A stretch of 64,000 nucleotides of DNA from Eledone cirrhosa (Eukaryota): assembly GCA_964016885.1 (NCBI GenBank), contig OZ024743.1, positions 359,538,001-359,602,000 of the forward strand, given 5' to 3'. A program made the translations under genes and the position numbers. Below, piece after piece: positions 63,393 to 64,000 of this stretch. The notes beneath the pieces were generated by a model. It ran no database searches. It saw only the letters and a list, made by a program, of their open reading frames with translations, and was not told the origin of the DNA. The first letter of the stretch is position 1; each line of letters begins with the position of its first letter.

Positions 63393-64000
63393 TGCATTTA
63401 TCTTGCTTTATGTTAATATGAGTTATCTGAGATATATGCCGAGTGTCTTCCTGACACCTAGGTCAAATAAATTCACAGTGTGCATTGGTAAGCCAGTTAA
63501 TACAACACATTGATTATAAAAAAAAATCGGTATACATATATACACATGTGCATATGCATATGTAAATACAAGGAGGGATATCAATCTTACAGAGATAGTG
63601 TTCTGCTCAATACGTGTGCAGTACCAGTCAAAACAATTTTTTGCACCTCCTGCAGAGAGGGTAAACCAGGAATCATTCATGTTCTGTTCCTTTCTTGATC
63701 ATTCCCAGTCCTCCAACAATCACTGGTATTGTAACGGCCTTGATGTGCCACATGTTCTCAATTTCAATAAGCAGATCTTTATATTTTCGTAGCTTGTCAA
63801 ATTCTATTGCCGTGATATTGTGATCACATGGGATGCTCATATCTATCAATAAACAGACCTTGTTATGTTGATCTTTTATAATGATGTCAGGTCTATTTGC
63901 TTTTATGGTCCTGTCAGTATGTACAGGAAAGTCCCAGATAATTGTTACTTTTTCTCCTTCAGTTACAGCCTCAAGGTGATGATTGTACCAGTTGTCTTCA
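63392..64000 (-). mobile_element. R4/Dong-like family C, 3' part (runs off the window)
   Basis: IIWDF..., RPDII, LLIDMSIP, IPGLPSLQEVQKIVLTGTAHVLSRTLSL*; 3' end aacataaagcaagataaatgc|aat as in R4-A. Confidence 0.88.

Overview
AT-rich, microsatellite-dense animal DNA with no intact host gene that I can recognise. The SINE repertoire resembles that of octopod cephalopods, but this is an inference from recalled repeat sequences. The window is dominated by two mirror-oriented piles of non-LTR retrotransposons, at about 22.6-38.3 kb and 48.3-64.0 kb. They contain four divergent Tx1-like families (L1 clade, APE+RT) and three R4/Dong-like families (RT+RLE). All 12 of their 3' ends abut (AAT)n/(ATT)n tracts, with Tx1 and R4 always in opposite orientation relative to the microsatellite. 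The Tx1 elements have no poly(A) tail and end in the motif CCTTGTG-N8-AGAAA(T/A)CATT. The most abundant local tRNA-type SINE ends in the same motif with the same spacing, which suggests an (AAT)n-directed Tx1 LINE/SINE partnership. The first 8 kb hold three Penelope-type fold-back structures carrying minimal type-I hammerhead ribozymes that all share a T.T mismatch at the base of helix II. Also present are Helitron, MULE-, hAT- and pogo-type non-autonomous elements, a decayed RTE LINE, CRE-clade fragments, and scattered minus-strand remnants of a duplicated fibronectin type III repeat gene. All calls were made by eye; identities and clades need computational confirmation.
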